NCBI GenBank assembly: GCA_964016885.1
Contig: OZ024742.1
Location: 221,340,001-221,404,000 of the forward strand
DNA length: 64,000 bases
DNA from: Eledone cirrhosa
Taxonomy: Eukaryota
Reading direction: 5' to 3'
Below are positions 23,876 through 37,850 of this stretch, one piece after another. Numbering within the stretch: the stretch's first letter is position 1; each line of letters starts with the position of its first letter. Below the pieces are notes generated by a model that ran no database searches, was not told the DNA's origin, and saw nothing but the letters and a program-made list of their open reading frames with translations. A program made the translations under genes and the position numbers.

Positions 23876-26800
23876 ATTCCCCATCCTGGAACAGTAGAAA
23901 GCAGTGATGTTCCTATCAGGAGTTGTGACTGACACCTCATCCTGGAACTGTAGAAAGCAGTGATGTTCCTATCAGGAGTTGTGACTGACACTTCATTCTG
24001 GAACTGTAGAAAGCAGTGATGTTCCTATCAGGAGTTGTGACTAACACCTCATCCTGGAACTGTAGAAAGCAGTGATGTTCCTATCAGGAGTTGTGACTGA
24101 CACTTCATTCTGGAACTGTAGAAAGCAGTGATGTTCCTATCAGGAGTTGTGACTAACACCTCATCCTGGAACTGTAGAAGGCAGTGATGTTCCTATCAGG
24201 AGTTGTGACTGACACCTCATCCTGGAACTGTAGAAAGCAGTGATGCTCCTATCAGGAGTTGTGACTGACAGCTCATTCTGGAACTGTAGAAAGCAGTGAT
24301 GTTCCTATCAGGAGTTGTGACTGACACCTCATTCTGGAACTGTAGAAAGCAGTGATGTTCCTATCAGGAGTTGTGACTAACACCTCATCCTGGAACTGTA
24401 GAAGGCAGTGATGTTCCTATCAGGAGTTGTGACTGACACCTCATCCTGGAACTGTAGAAAGCAGTGATGCTCCTATCAGGAGTTGTGACTGACACCTCAT
24501 TCTGGAACTGTAGAAAGCAGTGATGTTCCTATCAGGAGTTGTGACTGACACCTCATCCTGGAACTGTAGTAAGCAGTGATGTTCCTATCAGGAGTTGTGA
24601 CTGACACCTCATTCTGGAACTGTAGAAAGCAGTGATGTTCCTATCAGGAGTTGTGACTGACACCTCATCCTGGAACTGTAGAAAGCAGTGATGTTCCTAT
24701 CAGGAGTTGTGACTGATACCTCATCCTGGAACTGTAGAAAGCAGTGATGTTCCTATCAGGAGTTGTGACATTCCCCATCCTGGAACTGTAGAAAGCAGTG
24801 ATGCTTCTATCAGGAGTTATGACTGACACCTCATCCTGGAACTGTAGAAAGCAGTGATGTTCCTATCAGGAGTTGTGACATTCCCCATCCTGGAACAGTA
24901 GAAAGCAGTGATGTTCCTATCAGGAGTTGTGACATTCCCCATCCTGGAACTGTAGAAAGCAGTGATGTTCCTATCAGGAGTTGTGACATTCCCCATCCTG
25001 GAACTGTAGAAAGCAGTGATGCTCCTATCAGGAGTTGTGACATTCCCCATCCTGGAACAGTAGAAAGCAGTGATGTTCCTATCAGGAGTTGTGACATTCT
25101 CCATCCTGGAACTGTAGAAAGCAGTGATGCTCCTATCAGGAGTTGTGACATTCCCCATCCTGGAACTGTAGAAAGCAGTGATGTTCCTATCAGGAGTTGT
25201 GACATTCCCCATCCTGGAACTGTAGAAAGCAGTGATGCTCCTATCAGGAGTTGTGACTGACACCTCATTCTGGAACTGTAGAAAGCAGTGATATTCCTAT
25301 CAGGAGTTGTGACTGACACCTCATCCTGGAACTGTAGAAAGCAGTGATGTTCCTATCAGGAGTTGTGACTGACACCTCATTCTGGAACTGTAGAAAGCAG
25401 TGATGTTCCTATCAGGAGTTGTGACTGACACCTCATCCTGGAACTGTAGTAAGCAGTGATGTTCCTATCAGGAGTTGTGACTGACACCTCATTCTGAAAC
25501 TGTAGAAAGCAGTGATGCTCCTATCAGGAGTTGTGACTGACACCTCATTCTGGAACTGTAGAAAGCAGTGATGCTCCTATCAGGAGTTGTGACTGACACC
25601 TCATCCTGGAACTGTAGAAAGCAGTGATGTTCCTATCAGGAGTTGTGACTGACACCTCATTCTGGAACTGTAGAAAGCAGTGATGCTCCTATCAGGAGTT
25701 GTGACTGACACCTCATTCTGGAACTGTAGAAAGCAGTGATGTTCCTATCAGGAGTTGTCACTGACACCTCATCCTGGAACAGTAGAAAGCAGTGATGTTC
25801 CTATCAGGAGTTGTGACATTCCCCATCCTGGAACTGTAGAAAGCAGTGATGCTCCTATCAGGAGTTGTGACTGACACCTCATCCTAGTACTGTAGAAAGC
25901 AGTGATGTTCCTATCAGGAGTTGTGACTGACACCTCATTCTGGAACTGTAGAAAGCAGTGATGCTCCTATCAGGAGTTGTGACTGACACCTCATCCTAGT
26001 ACTGTAGAAAGCAGTGATGCTCCTATCAGGAGTTCTGACTGACACCTCATCCTGGAACTGTAGAAAGCAGTGATGCTCCTATCAGGAGTAGTGACTGACA
26101 CCTCATCCTGGAACTGTAGTAAGCAGTGATGTTCCTATCAGGAGTTGTGACTGACACCTCATTCTGGAACTGTAGAAAGCAGTGATGCTCCTATCAGGAG
26201 TTGTGACTGACACCTCATTCTGGAACTGTAGAAAGCAGTGATGCTCCTATCAGGAGTTGTGACTGACACCTCATCCTGGAACTGTAGAAAGCAGTGATGT
26301 TCCTATCAGGAGTTGTGACTGACACCTCATTCTGGAACTGTAGAAAGCAGTGATGCTCCTATCAGGAGTTGTGACATTCCCCATCCTGGAACAGTAGAAA
26401 GCAGTGATGTTCCTATCAGGAGTTGTGACATTCCCCATCCTGGAACTGTAGAAAGCAGTGATGTTCCTATCAGGAGTTGTGACATTCCCCATCCTGGAAC
26501 TGTAGAAAGCAGTGATGCTCCTATCAGGAGTTGTGACATTCCCCATCCTGGAACAGTAGAAAGCAGTGATGTTCCTATCAGGAGTTGTGACATTCTCCAT
26601 CCTGGAACTGTAGAAAGCAGTGATGCTCCTATCAGGAGTTGTGACATTCCCCATCCTGGAACTGTAGAAAGCAGTGATGTTCCTATCAGGAGTTGTGACA
26701 TTCCCCATCCTGGAACTGTAGAAAGCAGTGATGCTCCTATCAGGAGTTGTGACTGACACCTCATTCTGGAACTGTAGAAAGCAGTGATATTCCTATCAGG

Positions 26801-29800
26801 AGTTGTGACTGACACCTCATCCTGGAACTGTAGAAAGCAGTGATGTTCCTATCAGGAGTTGTGACTGACACCTCATTCTGGAACTGTAGAAAGCAGTGAT
26901 GTTCCTATCAGGAGTTGTGACTGACACCTCATCCTGGAACTGTAGTAAGCAGTGATGTTCCTATCAGGAGTTGTGACTGACACCTCATTCTGAAACTGTA
27001 GAAAGCAGTGATGCTCCTATCAGGAGTTGTGACTGACACCTCATTCTGGAACTGTAGAAAGCAGTGATGCTCCTATCAGGAGTTGTGACTGACACCTCAT
27101 CCTGGAACTGTAGAAAGCAGTGATGTTCCTATCAGGAGTTGTGACTGACACCTCATTCTGGAACTGTAGAAAGCAGTGATGCTCCTATCAGGAGTTGTGA
27201 CTGACACCTCATTCTGGAACTGTAGAAAGCAGTGATGTTCCTATCAGGAGTTGTCACTGACACCTCATCCTGGAACAGTAGAAAGCAGTGATGTTCCTAT
27301 CAGGAGTTGTGACATTCCCCATCCTGGAACTGTAGAAAGCAGTGATGCTCCTATCAGGAGTTGTGACTGACACCTCATCCTAGTACTGTAGAAAGCAGTG
27401 ATGTTCCTATCAGGAGTTGTGACTGACACCTCATTCTGGAACTGTAGAAAGCAGTGATGCTCCTATCAGGAGTTGTGACTGACACCTCATCCTAGTACTG
27501 TAGAAAGCAGTGATGCTCCTATCAGGAGTTCTGACTGACACCTCATCCTGGAACTGTAGAAAGCAGTGATGCTCCTATCAGGAGTAGTGACTGACACCTC
27601 ATCCTGGAACTGTAGTAAGCAGTGATGTTCCTATCAGGAGTTGTGACTGACACCTCATTCTGGAACTGTAGAAAGCAGTGATGCTCCTATCAGGAGTTGT
27701 GACTGACACCTCATTCTGGAACTGTAGAAAGCAGTGATGCTCCTATCAGGAGTTGTGACTGACACCTCATCCTGGAACTGTAGAAAGCAGTGATGTTCCT
27801 ATCAGGAGTTGTGACTGACACCTCATTCTGGAACTGTAGAAAGCAGTGATGCTCCTATCAGGAGTTGTGACTGACACCTCATCCTGGAACAGTAGAAAGC
27901 AGTGATGTGCCTATCAGGAGTTGTGACATTCCCCATTCTGGAACTGTAGAAAGCAGTGATGTTCCTATCAGGAGTTGTGACATTCCCCATCCTGGAACTG
28001 TAGAAAGCAGTGATGCTCCTATCAGGAGTTGTGACTGACACCTCATTCTAGTACTGTAGAAAGCAGTGATGTTCCTATCAGGAGTTGTGACTGACACCTC
28101 ATCCTGGAACAGTAGAAAGCAGTGATGTTGCTATCAGGAGTTGTGACATTCCCCATCCTGGAACTGTAGAAAGCAGTGATGCTCCTATCAGGAGTTGTGA
28201 CTGACACCTCATCCTAGTACTGTAGAAAGCAGTGATGTTCCTATCAGGAGTTGTGACTGACACCTCATTCTGGAACTGTAGAAAGCAGTGATGCCCCTAT
28301 CAGGAGTTGTGACTGACACCTCATCCTAGTACTGTAGAAAGCAGTGATGCTCCTATCAGGAGTTGTGACTGACACCTCATCCTGGAACTGTAGAAAGCAG
28401 TGATGCTCCTATCAGGAGTTGTGACTGACACCTCATCCTGGAACTGTAGTAAGCAGTGATGTTCCTATCAGGAGTTGTGACTGACACCTCATTCTGGAAC
28501 TGTAGAAAGCAGTGATGCTCCTATCAGGAGTTGTGACTGACACCTCATCCTGGAACTGTAGAAAGCAGTGATGTTCCTATCAGGAGTTGTGACATTCCCC
28601 ATCCTGGAACTGTAGAAAGCAGTGATGTTCCTATCAGGAGTTGTGACTGACACCTCATTCTGGAACTGTAGAAAGCAGTGATGCTCCTATTAGGAGTTGT
28701 GACTGACACCTCATTCTGGAACTGTAGAAAGCAGTGATGCTCCTATCAGGAGTTGTGACTGACACCTCATCCTGGAACTGTAGAAAGCAGTGATGTTCCT
28801 ATCAGGAGTTGTGACTGACACCTCATCCTAGTACTGTAGAAAGCAGTGATGCTCCTATCAGGAGTTGTGACTGACACCTCATCCTGGAACTGTAGAAAGC
28901 AGTGATGTTCCTATCAGGAGTTGTGACTGACACCTCATCCTGGAACTGTATAAAGCAGTGATGTTCCTATCAGGAGTTGTGACTGACACCTCATCCTAGT
29001 ACTGTAGAAAGCAGTGATGCTCCTATCAGGAGTTGTGACTGACACCTCATTCTGGAACTGTAGAAAGCAGTGATGCTCCTATCAGGAGTTGTGACTGACA
29101 CCTCATTCTGGAACTGTAGAAAGCAGTGATGCTCCTATCAGGAGTTGTGACTGACACCTCATTCTGGAACTGTAGAAAGCAGTGATGTTCCTATCAGGAG
29201 TTGTGACTGACACCTCATTCTGGAACTGTAGAAAGCAGTGATGTTCCTATCAGGATTTGTGACTGACACCTCATTCTGGAACAGTAGAAAGCAGTGATGT
29301 TCCTATCAGGAGTTGTGACATTCCCCATCCTGGAACTGTAGAAAGCAGTGATGCTCCTATCAGGAGTTGTGACTGACACCTCATCCTGGAACTGTAGAAA
29401 GCAGTGATGTTCCTATCAGGAGTTGTGACTGACACCTCATTCTGGAACTGTAGAAAGCAGTGATGTTCCTATCAGGAGTTGTGACATTCCCCATCCTGGA
29501 ACAGTAGAAAGCAGTGATGCTCCTATCAGGAGTTGTGACTGACACCCCATCCTGAAACTGTAGAAAGCAGTGATGTTCCTATCAGGAGTTGTGACTGACA
29601 CCCCATCCTGGAACTGTATAAAGCAGTGATGCTCCTATCAGGAGTTGTGACTGACACCTCATTCTGGAACTGTAGAAAGCAGTGATGTTCCTATCAGGAG
29701 TTGTGACTGACACCTCATCCTGGAACTGTATAAAGCAGTGATGCTCCTATCAGGAGTTGTGACTGACACCTCATTCTGGAACTGTAGAAAGCAGTGATGT

Positions 29801-32800
29801 TCCTATCAGGAGTTGTGACTGACACCCCATCCTGGAACTGTATAAAGCAGTGATGCTCCTATCAGGAGTTGTGACTGACACCTCATTCTGGAACTGTAGA
29901 AAGCAGTGATGCTCCTATCAGGAGTTGTGACTGACACCTCATTCTGGAACTGTAGAAAGCAGTGATGTTCCTATCAGGAGTTGTGACTGACACCTCATTC
30001 TGGAACTGTAGAAAGCAGTGATGTTCCTATCAGGAGTTGTGACTGACACCTCATTCTGGAACAGTAGAAAGCAGTGATGTTCCTATCAGGAGTTGTGACA
30101 TTCCCCATCCTGGAACTGTAGAAAGCAGTGATGCTCCTATCAGGAGTTGTGACTGACACCTCATCCTGGAACTGTAGAAAGCAGTGATGTTCCTATCAGG
30201 AGTTGTGACTGACACCTCATTCTGGAACTGTAGAAAGCAGTGATGTTCCTATCAGGAGTTGTGACATTCCCCATCCTGGAACTGTAGAAAGCAGTGATGC
30301 TCCTATCAGGAGTTGTGACTGACACCCCATCCTGGAACTGTAGAAAGCAGTGATGTTCCTATCAGGAGTTGTGACTGACACCCCATCCTGGAACTGTATA
30401 AAGCAGTGATGCTCCTATCAGGAGTTGTGACTGACACCTCATTCTGGAACTGTAGAAAGCAGTGATGTTCCTATCAGGAGTTGTGACTGACACCTCATCC
30501 TGGAACTGTAGAAAGCAGTGATGCTCCTATCAGGAGTTGTGACTGACACCTCATTCTGGAACTGTAGAAAGCAGTGATGTTCCTATCAGGAGTTGTGACT
30601 GACACCTCATCCTGGAACTGTAGAAAGCAGTGATGTTCCTATCAGGAGTTGTGACATTCCCCATCCTGGAACAGTAGAAAGCAGTGATGTTTCTATCAGG
30701 AGTTGTGACTGACACCTCATCCTGGAACAGTAGAAAGCAGTGATGTTCCTATCAGGAGTTGTGACTGACACCTCACCCTGGAACAGTAGAAAGCAGTGAT
30801 GTTCCTATCAGGAGTTGTGACATTCCCCATCCTGGAACTGTAGAAAGCAGTGATGCTCCTATCAGGAGTTGTGACTGACACCTCATTCTGGAACTGTAGA
30901 AAGCAGTGATGCTCCTATCAGGAGTTGTGACTGACACCTCATTCTGGAACTGTAGAAAGCAGTGATGTTCCTATCAGGAGTTGTGACTGACACCTCATCC
31001 TAGTACTGTAGAAAGCAGTGATGTTCCTATCAGGAGTTGTGACTGACACCTCATCCTAGTACTGTAGAAAGCAGTGATGTTCCTATCAGGAGTTGTGACA
31101 TTCCCCATTCTGGAACTGTAGAAAGCAGTGATGTTCCTATCAGGAGTTGTGACATTCCCCATCCTGGAACTGTAGAAAGCAGTGATGCTCCTATGAGGAG
31201 TTGTGACTGACACCTAATTCTGGAACAGTAGAAAGCAGTGATGTTCCTATCAGGAGTTGTGACTGACACCTCATCCTGGAACAGTAGAAAGCAGTGATGT
31301 TCCTATCAGGAGTTGTGACTGACACCTCATCCTGGAACAGTAGAAAGCAGTGATGTTCCTATCAGGAGTTGTGACATTCCCCATTCTGGAACTGTAGAAA
31401 GCAGTGATGTTCCTATCAGGAGTTGTGACATTCCCCATCCTGGAACTGTAGAAAGCAGTGATGCTCCTATCAGGAGTTGTGACTGACACCTCATTCTGGA
31501 ACTGTAGAAAGCAGTGATGTTCCTATCAGGAGTTGTGACTGACACCTCATCCTAGTACTGTAGAAAGCAGTGATGTTCCTATCAGGAGTTGTGACTGACA
31601 CCTCATCCTGGTACTGTAGAAAGCAGTGATGTTCCTATCAGGAGTTGTGACTGACACCTCATCCTGGAACTGTAGAAAGCAGTGATGCTCCTATCAGGAG
31701 TTGTGACTGACACCTCATTCTGGAACTGTAGAAAGCAGTGATGCTCCTATCAGGAGTTGTGACTGACACCTCATCCTAGTACTGTAGAAAGCAGTGATGC
31801 TCCTACCAGGAGTTGTGACTGACACCTCATCCTGGAACTGTAGAAAGCAGTGATGCTCCTATTAGGAGTTGTGACTGACACCTCATTCTGGAACTGTAGA
31901 AAGCAGTGATGTTCCTATCAGGAGTTGTGACATTCCCCATCCTGGAACTGTAGAAAGCAGTGATGCTCCTATCAGGAGTTGTGACTGACACCTCATTCTG
32001 GAACTGTAGAAAGCAGTGATGTTCCTATCAGGAGTTGTGACTGACACCTCATCCTAGTACTGTAGAAAGCAGTGATGCTCCTATCAGGAGTTGTGACTGA
32101 CACCTCATTCTAGAACTGTAGAAAGCAGTGATGTTCCTATCAGGAGTTGTGACTGACACCTCATCCTAGTACTGTAGCAAGCAGTGATGTTACTATCAGG
32201 AGTTGTGACTGACACCTCATCCTAGTACTGTAGAAAGCAGTGATGTTACTATCAGGAGTTGTGACTGACACCTCATCCTGGAACTGTAGAAAGCAGTGAT
32301 GCTCCTATCAGGAGTTGTGACTGACACCTCATCCTGGAACTGTAGAAAGCAGTGATGCTCCTATCAGGAGTTGTGACTGACACCTCATTCTGGAACTGTA
32401 GAAAGCAGTGATGTTCCTATCAGGAGTTGTGACTGACACCTCATTCTGGAACTGTAGAAAGCAGTGATGTTCCTATCAGGAGTTGTGACTGACACCTCAT
32501 CCTGGAACTGTAGAAAGCAGTGATGTTCCTATCAGGAGTTGTGACTGACACCTCATCCTGGAACTGTAGAAAGCAGTGATGTTCCTATCAGGAGTTGTGA
32601 CTGACACCTCATCCTGGAACTGTAGAAAGCAGTGATGTTCCTATCAGGAGTTGTGACTGACACCTCATCCTGGAACTGTAGAAAGCAGTGATGCTCCTAT
32701 CAGGAGTTGTGACTGACACCTCATTCTGGAACTGTAGAAAGCAGTGATGTTCCTATCAGGAGTTGTGACTGACACCTCATTCTGGAACTGTAGAAAGCAG

Positions 32801-33498
32801 TGATGTTCCTATCAGGAGTTGTGACTGACACCTCATCCTGGAACTGTAGAAAGCAGTGATGTTCTTATCAGGAGTTGTGACTGACACCTCATCCTGGAAC
32901 TGTAGAAAGCAGTGATGTTCCTATCAGGAGTTGTGACTGACACCTCATCCTGGAACTGTAGAAAGCAGTGATGTTCCTATCAGGAGTTGTGACTGACACC
33001 TCATTCTGGAACTGTAGAAAGCAGTGATGTTCCTATCAGGAGTTGTGACATTCCCCATCCTGGAACAGTAGAAAGCAGTGATGTTCCTATCAGGAGTTGT
33101 GACTGACACCTCATTCTGGAACAGTAGAAAGCAGTGATGTTCCTATCAGGAGTTGTGACTGACACCTCATTCTGGAACAGTAGAAAGCAGTGATGCTCCT
33201 ATCAGGAGTTGTGACTGACACCTCATCCTGGAACTGTAGAAAGCAGTGATGCTCCTATCAGGAGTTGTGACTGACACCTCATTCTGGAACAGTAGAAAGC
33301 AGTGATGCTCCTATCAGGAGTTGTGACTGACACCTCATCCTGGAACTGTAGAAAGCAGTGATGTTCCTATCAGGAGTTGTGACTGACACCTCATCCTGGA
33401 ACTGTAGAAAGCAGTGATGTTCCTATCAGGAGTTGTGACATTCCTCCTCCTGGTACTGTAGAAAGCAGTGATGTTCCTATCAGGAGTTGTGACTAACA
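23876..33498. repeat. Intronic satellite with 56-bp and 54-bp unit variants, about 170 copies, 9.6 kb
   Basis: gactgacacctcatcctggaactgtagaaagcagtgatgttcctatcaggagttgt (56 bp) and gacattccccatcc... (54 bp). Confidence 0.98.
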
Positions 33499-34065
33499 GA
33501 TGTAACTGTTTCTGCGGTTCAATCTGACAATCGACTTCTTCATTTTGAAGACGACTTGTAAGAAACTAAGAGGTAGGGTGGGGTTGGGGATAAAATAATG
33601 TTTTTTTAAATTTAGGTACAAGGCCAGCAGGAGGGAGAGGAAAGGGTCAATTACATCAACCCTAATACTTGACTGATACTTCATTTTATCAACCCCAGAA
33701 GGATTAAAGGCAAAGTTGTCCTTAGTAGTATTTGAAATCAGAATGTAAAGAACCAGGAAATATAATGATTTCTGATTTAGGCACAGGGCCAACAATTTTT
33801 TTTTGGGGATAGTTTGTCAATGAAATCGACCCCAGTGCATTACTGGTACTTTATTTTATCAACCCTGCAAGAATGAAAGATAAAGCTAAGCTCGACGGGA
33901 TTTGAACTCAGAACATAAAGGGCCATAACTCTATGCTGCAATGCAAGTCCAATGCCTAACCAATACTGCCAATCTACCGCCCTAAAGAATCAGGAAATAT
34001 AATACAATGTATTTTGTCTAACTCTCTAATGATTCTGTCATGTCCCCAAATGATATTGAACTTAC

Positions 34066-34146
34066 TTTGATTATTCCAACCAGAGTGGTCTTCATCATCA
34101 ACATTCCTTCAGTAAAGACAGAAATTGAGTGTGTCAGACGAGCAAC
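34066..34146 (-). CDS. WASHC5: Strumpellin exon [27 protein letters not shown]
   Basis: ttatag| acceptor, AAA|gtaag donor; 81 nt. Confidence 0.95.
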
Positions 34147-34945
34147 CTATAAAAAAACAACAAAACAAGCAAGGATTAAAGAATATATGGGAATATAGGA
34201 ATCAGGTCATCATCATTATATATCCCCTTTCTACACTGGGTTGGAGAGGTTGTCACAGTCTGAGACCAGATGGGTTGGAGCAACAAATTGTTACAATGTC
34301 ATATTTGACATAGTTTCTATGGCTGGATGCCCTTCCTAATACCAACTACCTTACAGAGTGTTCTGAGTGCATTTTTTTTTATACCAGCATAGGGTGTACT
34401 AAGTGCATTATGTTGTGGCATCAGTACTAAAGAGGTTATCACATGCTAGGCCAGACAGGATATTCCTCTCAAACCCTATAGTGTCTCCATTTGAGTTACC
34501 TTCCCAAACACTGTCACCTTTGTTCTGTCACCATATTTACTTTTACTGAAGCAATGCTTGTTCTATTCAAGAGGTCTGTATATGCTGCTATCATTCTACA
34601 TCTATTTTTCCATGCTTTACACAGGTTGGATGAAACCTGGAGTTTATCACGGTTTCATGGATATTAAATGATTGAGAGACTCCCCTAATTTTTTTGTAGG
34701 GACACAACACATCATATAGTCTAGGAATCAACCCCATGACCTTATGATTGTGAACTCAACCCTAACCAGTAAGCCACACAGCTCCACACATTTTTTTTAT
34801 TTGTTGGGTCTGGAGAAAGGGGCTGTGCCCATTCTCTTCACTGGCTTTCCAAGACTGGTGAGATTGATACTTCTAATGTTCTGCTTAAACTGATCCAAGT
34901 CATAAGCAGAAATCTTAAAATTATGAGATGATGGACACCACATAC

Positions 34946-35077
34946 TTCGTATCTTTCTTCCAGCTGAGCATAGTCCTTCATCTTGTCTTTCTCAAGTCGT
35001 GTGGGCAATTCTTTGATTTGTGTTGTTTGCTTCTGAATAATCAGAGCTAATAAACCAAACATAGTTCGTGGAATGAT
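34946..35077 (-). CDS. WASHC5: Strumpellin exon IIPRTMF...PTRLEKDKMKDYAQLEERYE
   Basis: ttctag| acceptor, GAA|gtatg donor; 132 nt. Confidence 0.95.
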
Positions 35078-35715
35078 CTAGAAGAGAAGAAAATTTCATA
35101 AATATTATATATTTTATATATCCAGTTGACTTAAGAAACATTGGGAAAATTTGAAATGTTGTGTATCAACATAAGCAACTATATATATAAACAAAAGCAT
35201 AGATGGAAAAATGATCTTTTAAATCATATTTTATTTTTTTACACATGTTTCAAGGGAGGTGTACATCCAATTATTTGAAATATTATGAAACAATTCACAT
35301 AATTTCATTGATACATAGAGATATATATATACTATCATATATAATTCGCTACTTTCCTTTGAGCTTTGTATATATAGTTTTACTTTTGATATATATATAT
35401 ATAGAAGTAAAAAAAAACAAAAAAAAACAAAAACAAAAACAATAATGAAGAGTGCAGTACGAATAGTGTTGGTATTAGGTTCACGCTTGAGAGTGGGGGG
35501 TGGAGGACGACGTTTCCAATGTGGTCTACCCTTCGAGCTGATCGACAGTGAAACATATAATATGTTATTAAATATGTTATGATGCAACACTGATTCTTTG
35601 TTCCTTTATTACTATTTATACTCTGCTCTGCAAGAGCATTGAGTGCTCACCCAGCATACTGCCTACAGACGCAATTATCTTGCACCTCTACACCTATATA
35701 TATGTATGTATATAT

Positions 35716-36096
35716 ATAGTGGTTACAGCATTGGGCTTGCAATAGAAAGGTTGTGAGTTCAATACTCAGACCGGGTGATGTGTTGTTTCCTTGAGCAAGA
35801 CACTTTATTTCACATTGCTCCAGTTTACTCAGCTGTAGAAATGAGATGATAGGGACTGAGGTCCCTATCATTCCACTGCAAAGTGGTCGTGGAGGTGCCA
35901 CAGCAAAAAAGCACCCAGCCCACACAGTAAAGTGAACGTGTAGGCACCACGGAAAAAGAACCCAGCACTCACTGTAAATGATGTTGGTGTTAGGACGGGC
36001 ATCCAGCTGTAGAAATCAAGCCAGAATGAGTTCCCGTCCTACCCTTGCAAGCAGGGAAAAGCGGACGTAAAGTGATGATGATGATGATGATGATGA
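35716..36096 (+). mobile_element. tRNA-headed SINE family 2 with RTE-B 3' tail
   Basis: tagtggtta / gagttcaatactc boxes, ccttgagcaagacacttt core, ggttggtgttagga..ggcatccagc module, and tail cccttgcaagcagggaaaagcggacgtaaa(gat)n. Confidence 0.88.
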
Positions 36097-36333
36097 TATA
36101 TATATATATATGATGATGATGATGATGATATATATCTATATCTATATCTATCTATATATATATATATATATATATATATCAAGTTTAATAGAGAAATGGC
36201 TTCTACAGGACTAGAACTTTCATTCAAAAGAAATCATTAGGAAAGCTCTATATTAAACTTGATGTTTACATTCTCTTAATGTATTGAGTATCTTACTTAG
36301 TGGTTACCCTCAATTGAGCTGATGACTCACACT

Positions 36334-36367
<34 letters not shown>

Positions 36368-36453
36368 GACATAGAACACCTAATAGAGATGGATGGTTCT
36401 GCAAATTCAAAGAATTCAGAGAGATATTACACATTGAATGAGACTGAACTCAC

Positions 36454-36573
36454 CTGTAGCACCTTTCTAAGATAAGCCACCAATTCACCTGAGTAATACT
36501 TGGACACACTTATAAGGTCAGGACTGTTGGCTTGAAGAATTCTCATGAGTGGCAAATCCAATGCAGAGGCCAT
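36454..36573 (-). CDS. WASHC5: Strumpellin exon [20 protein letters not shown]...LRKVLQ
   Basis: ttgtag| acceptor, CAG|gtgag donor; 120 nt. Confidence 0.95.
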
Positions 36574-36613
36574 CTACAATATGAATATAATACATCATTA
36601 TTATTTACTAAAT

Positions 36614-36870
36614 AGGCGGTGGATTGGCAGTATCGGTAGAGGGTCGGACGCCATGCTTTCCAGCATAGTTACGTCCCTTTACGATCTGAGTTCAAATCCC
36701 GCCGAGGTTGACTTTGCCTTTCATCCTTGCGGGGTCGATAAAATAAAGTACCAGTAATGCACTGGGTAATTGCTGGCCTTGTGCCAAAGGTAGAAACAAT
36801 TATTTACTAAATAAAGTACCAGTAATGCACTGGAATAATTGCTGGCCTTGTGCCAAATGTAGAAACAATT
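36614..36870 (+). mobile_element. SINE family 1 copy with duplicated 3' end
   Basis: Same consensus; 3' segment aaataaagtaccagtaatgcac...gaaacaatt repeated twice; attatttacta flanks. Confidence 0.85.
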
Positions 36871-36889
36871 ATTATTTACTATTACTATT

Positions 36890-37112
36890 AACACCACCAT
36901 CACTACTGCTGCTGCTACTACTACTACTACCACCTCCACCGCAACAACTACTTTTACTACTACTACTACCACCACCACCACCACCACCACTACTACCACA
37001 ACTACTATTGCTACTACAGCCACCACTGCCACCACCACTACTACTACTGCTACTACAGCCACCACCACCACTACTACAGCCACTACAGCCACCACTACCA
37101 CTACCATCACCA
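36890..37112. repeat. Compound (CTA/CCA)n trinucleotide microsatellite
   Basis: Seen directly; similar tracts at 43155-43310 and 56555-56955. Confidence 0.9.
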
Positions 37113-37490
37113 GACTATAATTGAACCTACTGCTATTACTACAACATTGGTGTTGCTGTTTCCACCATTATCACAATTATTCCTACTAGCAGAAACACTG
37201 CCCTCCTTGCTGTAAGTGAATGGTGATAGGAAGGGCATCTAGTCATAGAAAACTTGCCCTTGTCAAACAAAGGGTTGGGGAGGATCATCAGTTGTGTTAA
37301 AGATATGACAGGAAATGTGAGTGTTTCAACACAGAAAATGCCTGTAATAAGGGTCAATACTTATAAATAATAGTTGAGAAAATCAGGTACATTATACCTG
37401 AGAGATAAAAAAAGGAAGACAGAAGCACCTAGGAGGAATTGAACCCCACATCTCTTGAATACCATGCACATGTGTTAGCTACTATATTAA

Positions 37491-37711
37491 CCCCTTAGCA
37501 TTTAAACCGGCCATATTTGGCCAGAATTCTCTCACCTCTTTCTATTCAAACTGGCCGTAACTGGCCGCTTATATTGATGTTAAGGTATCGTTCTCAAAAT
37601 AAATAATATCAAAATCTCATAGATTCGATATCATGTGAGATAATTATGTGAAGTAAAGCCTTTACCGTGAAAATATAATAGTAAATATAGAGTAATGTAA
37701 ATTCTAAAGGG
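37491..37711. mobile_element. Same TTAA MITE family, opposite orientation
   Basis: TTAA flanks and TIRs. Confidence 0.82.
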
Positions 37712-37850
37712 TTAAGGATATGTTGATGCTTTTGGTTCACTCACATTTTCAAGTTGATATCTACAAAATAAACAAAACACATCACAAGCCCCCCCCCCCC
37801 CCCCCCAAAAAAAAAACTGGGTCCCAATAGTTAGATATTGAACACAGTAC

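Noticed and set aside
23930-24050. Hammerhead ribozyme or C/D snoRNA in the satellite monomer
   Set aside because: No CTGANGA plus GAAA on the same strand (CTGATAGG on minus, GAAA only on plus). GTGATGT/CTGA is an imperfect and too-short C/D pattern.
23876-33498. CRISPR-like array or coding repeat (VTTPDRNITAFYSSRMG ORFs)
   Set aside because: Head-to-tail units have no unique spacers, there are no cas genes and the context is a eukaryotic intron. The ORFs arise only from runs of 54-bp units.
36721-37124. Poly-Val/Pro/His ORFs (also 43005-43339 and 56285-56991)
   Set aside because: They are trinucleotide microsatellites with no splice or homology support.
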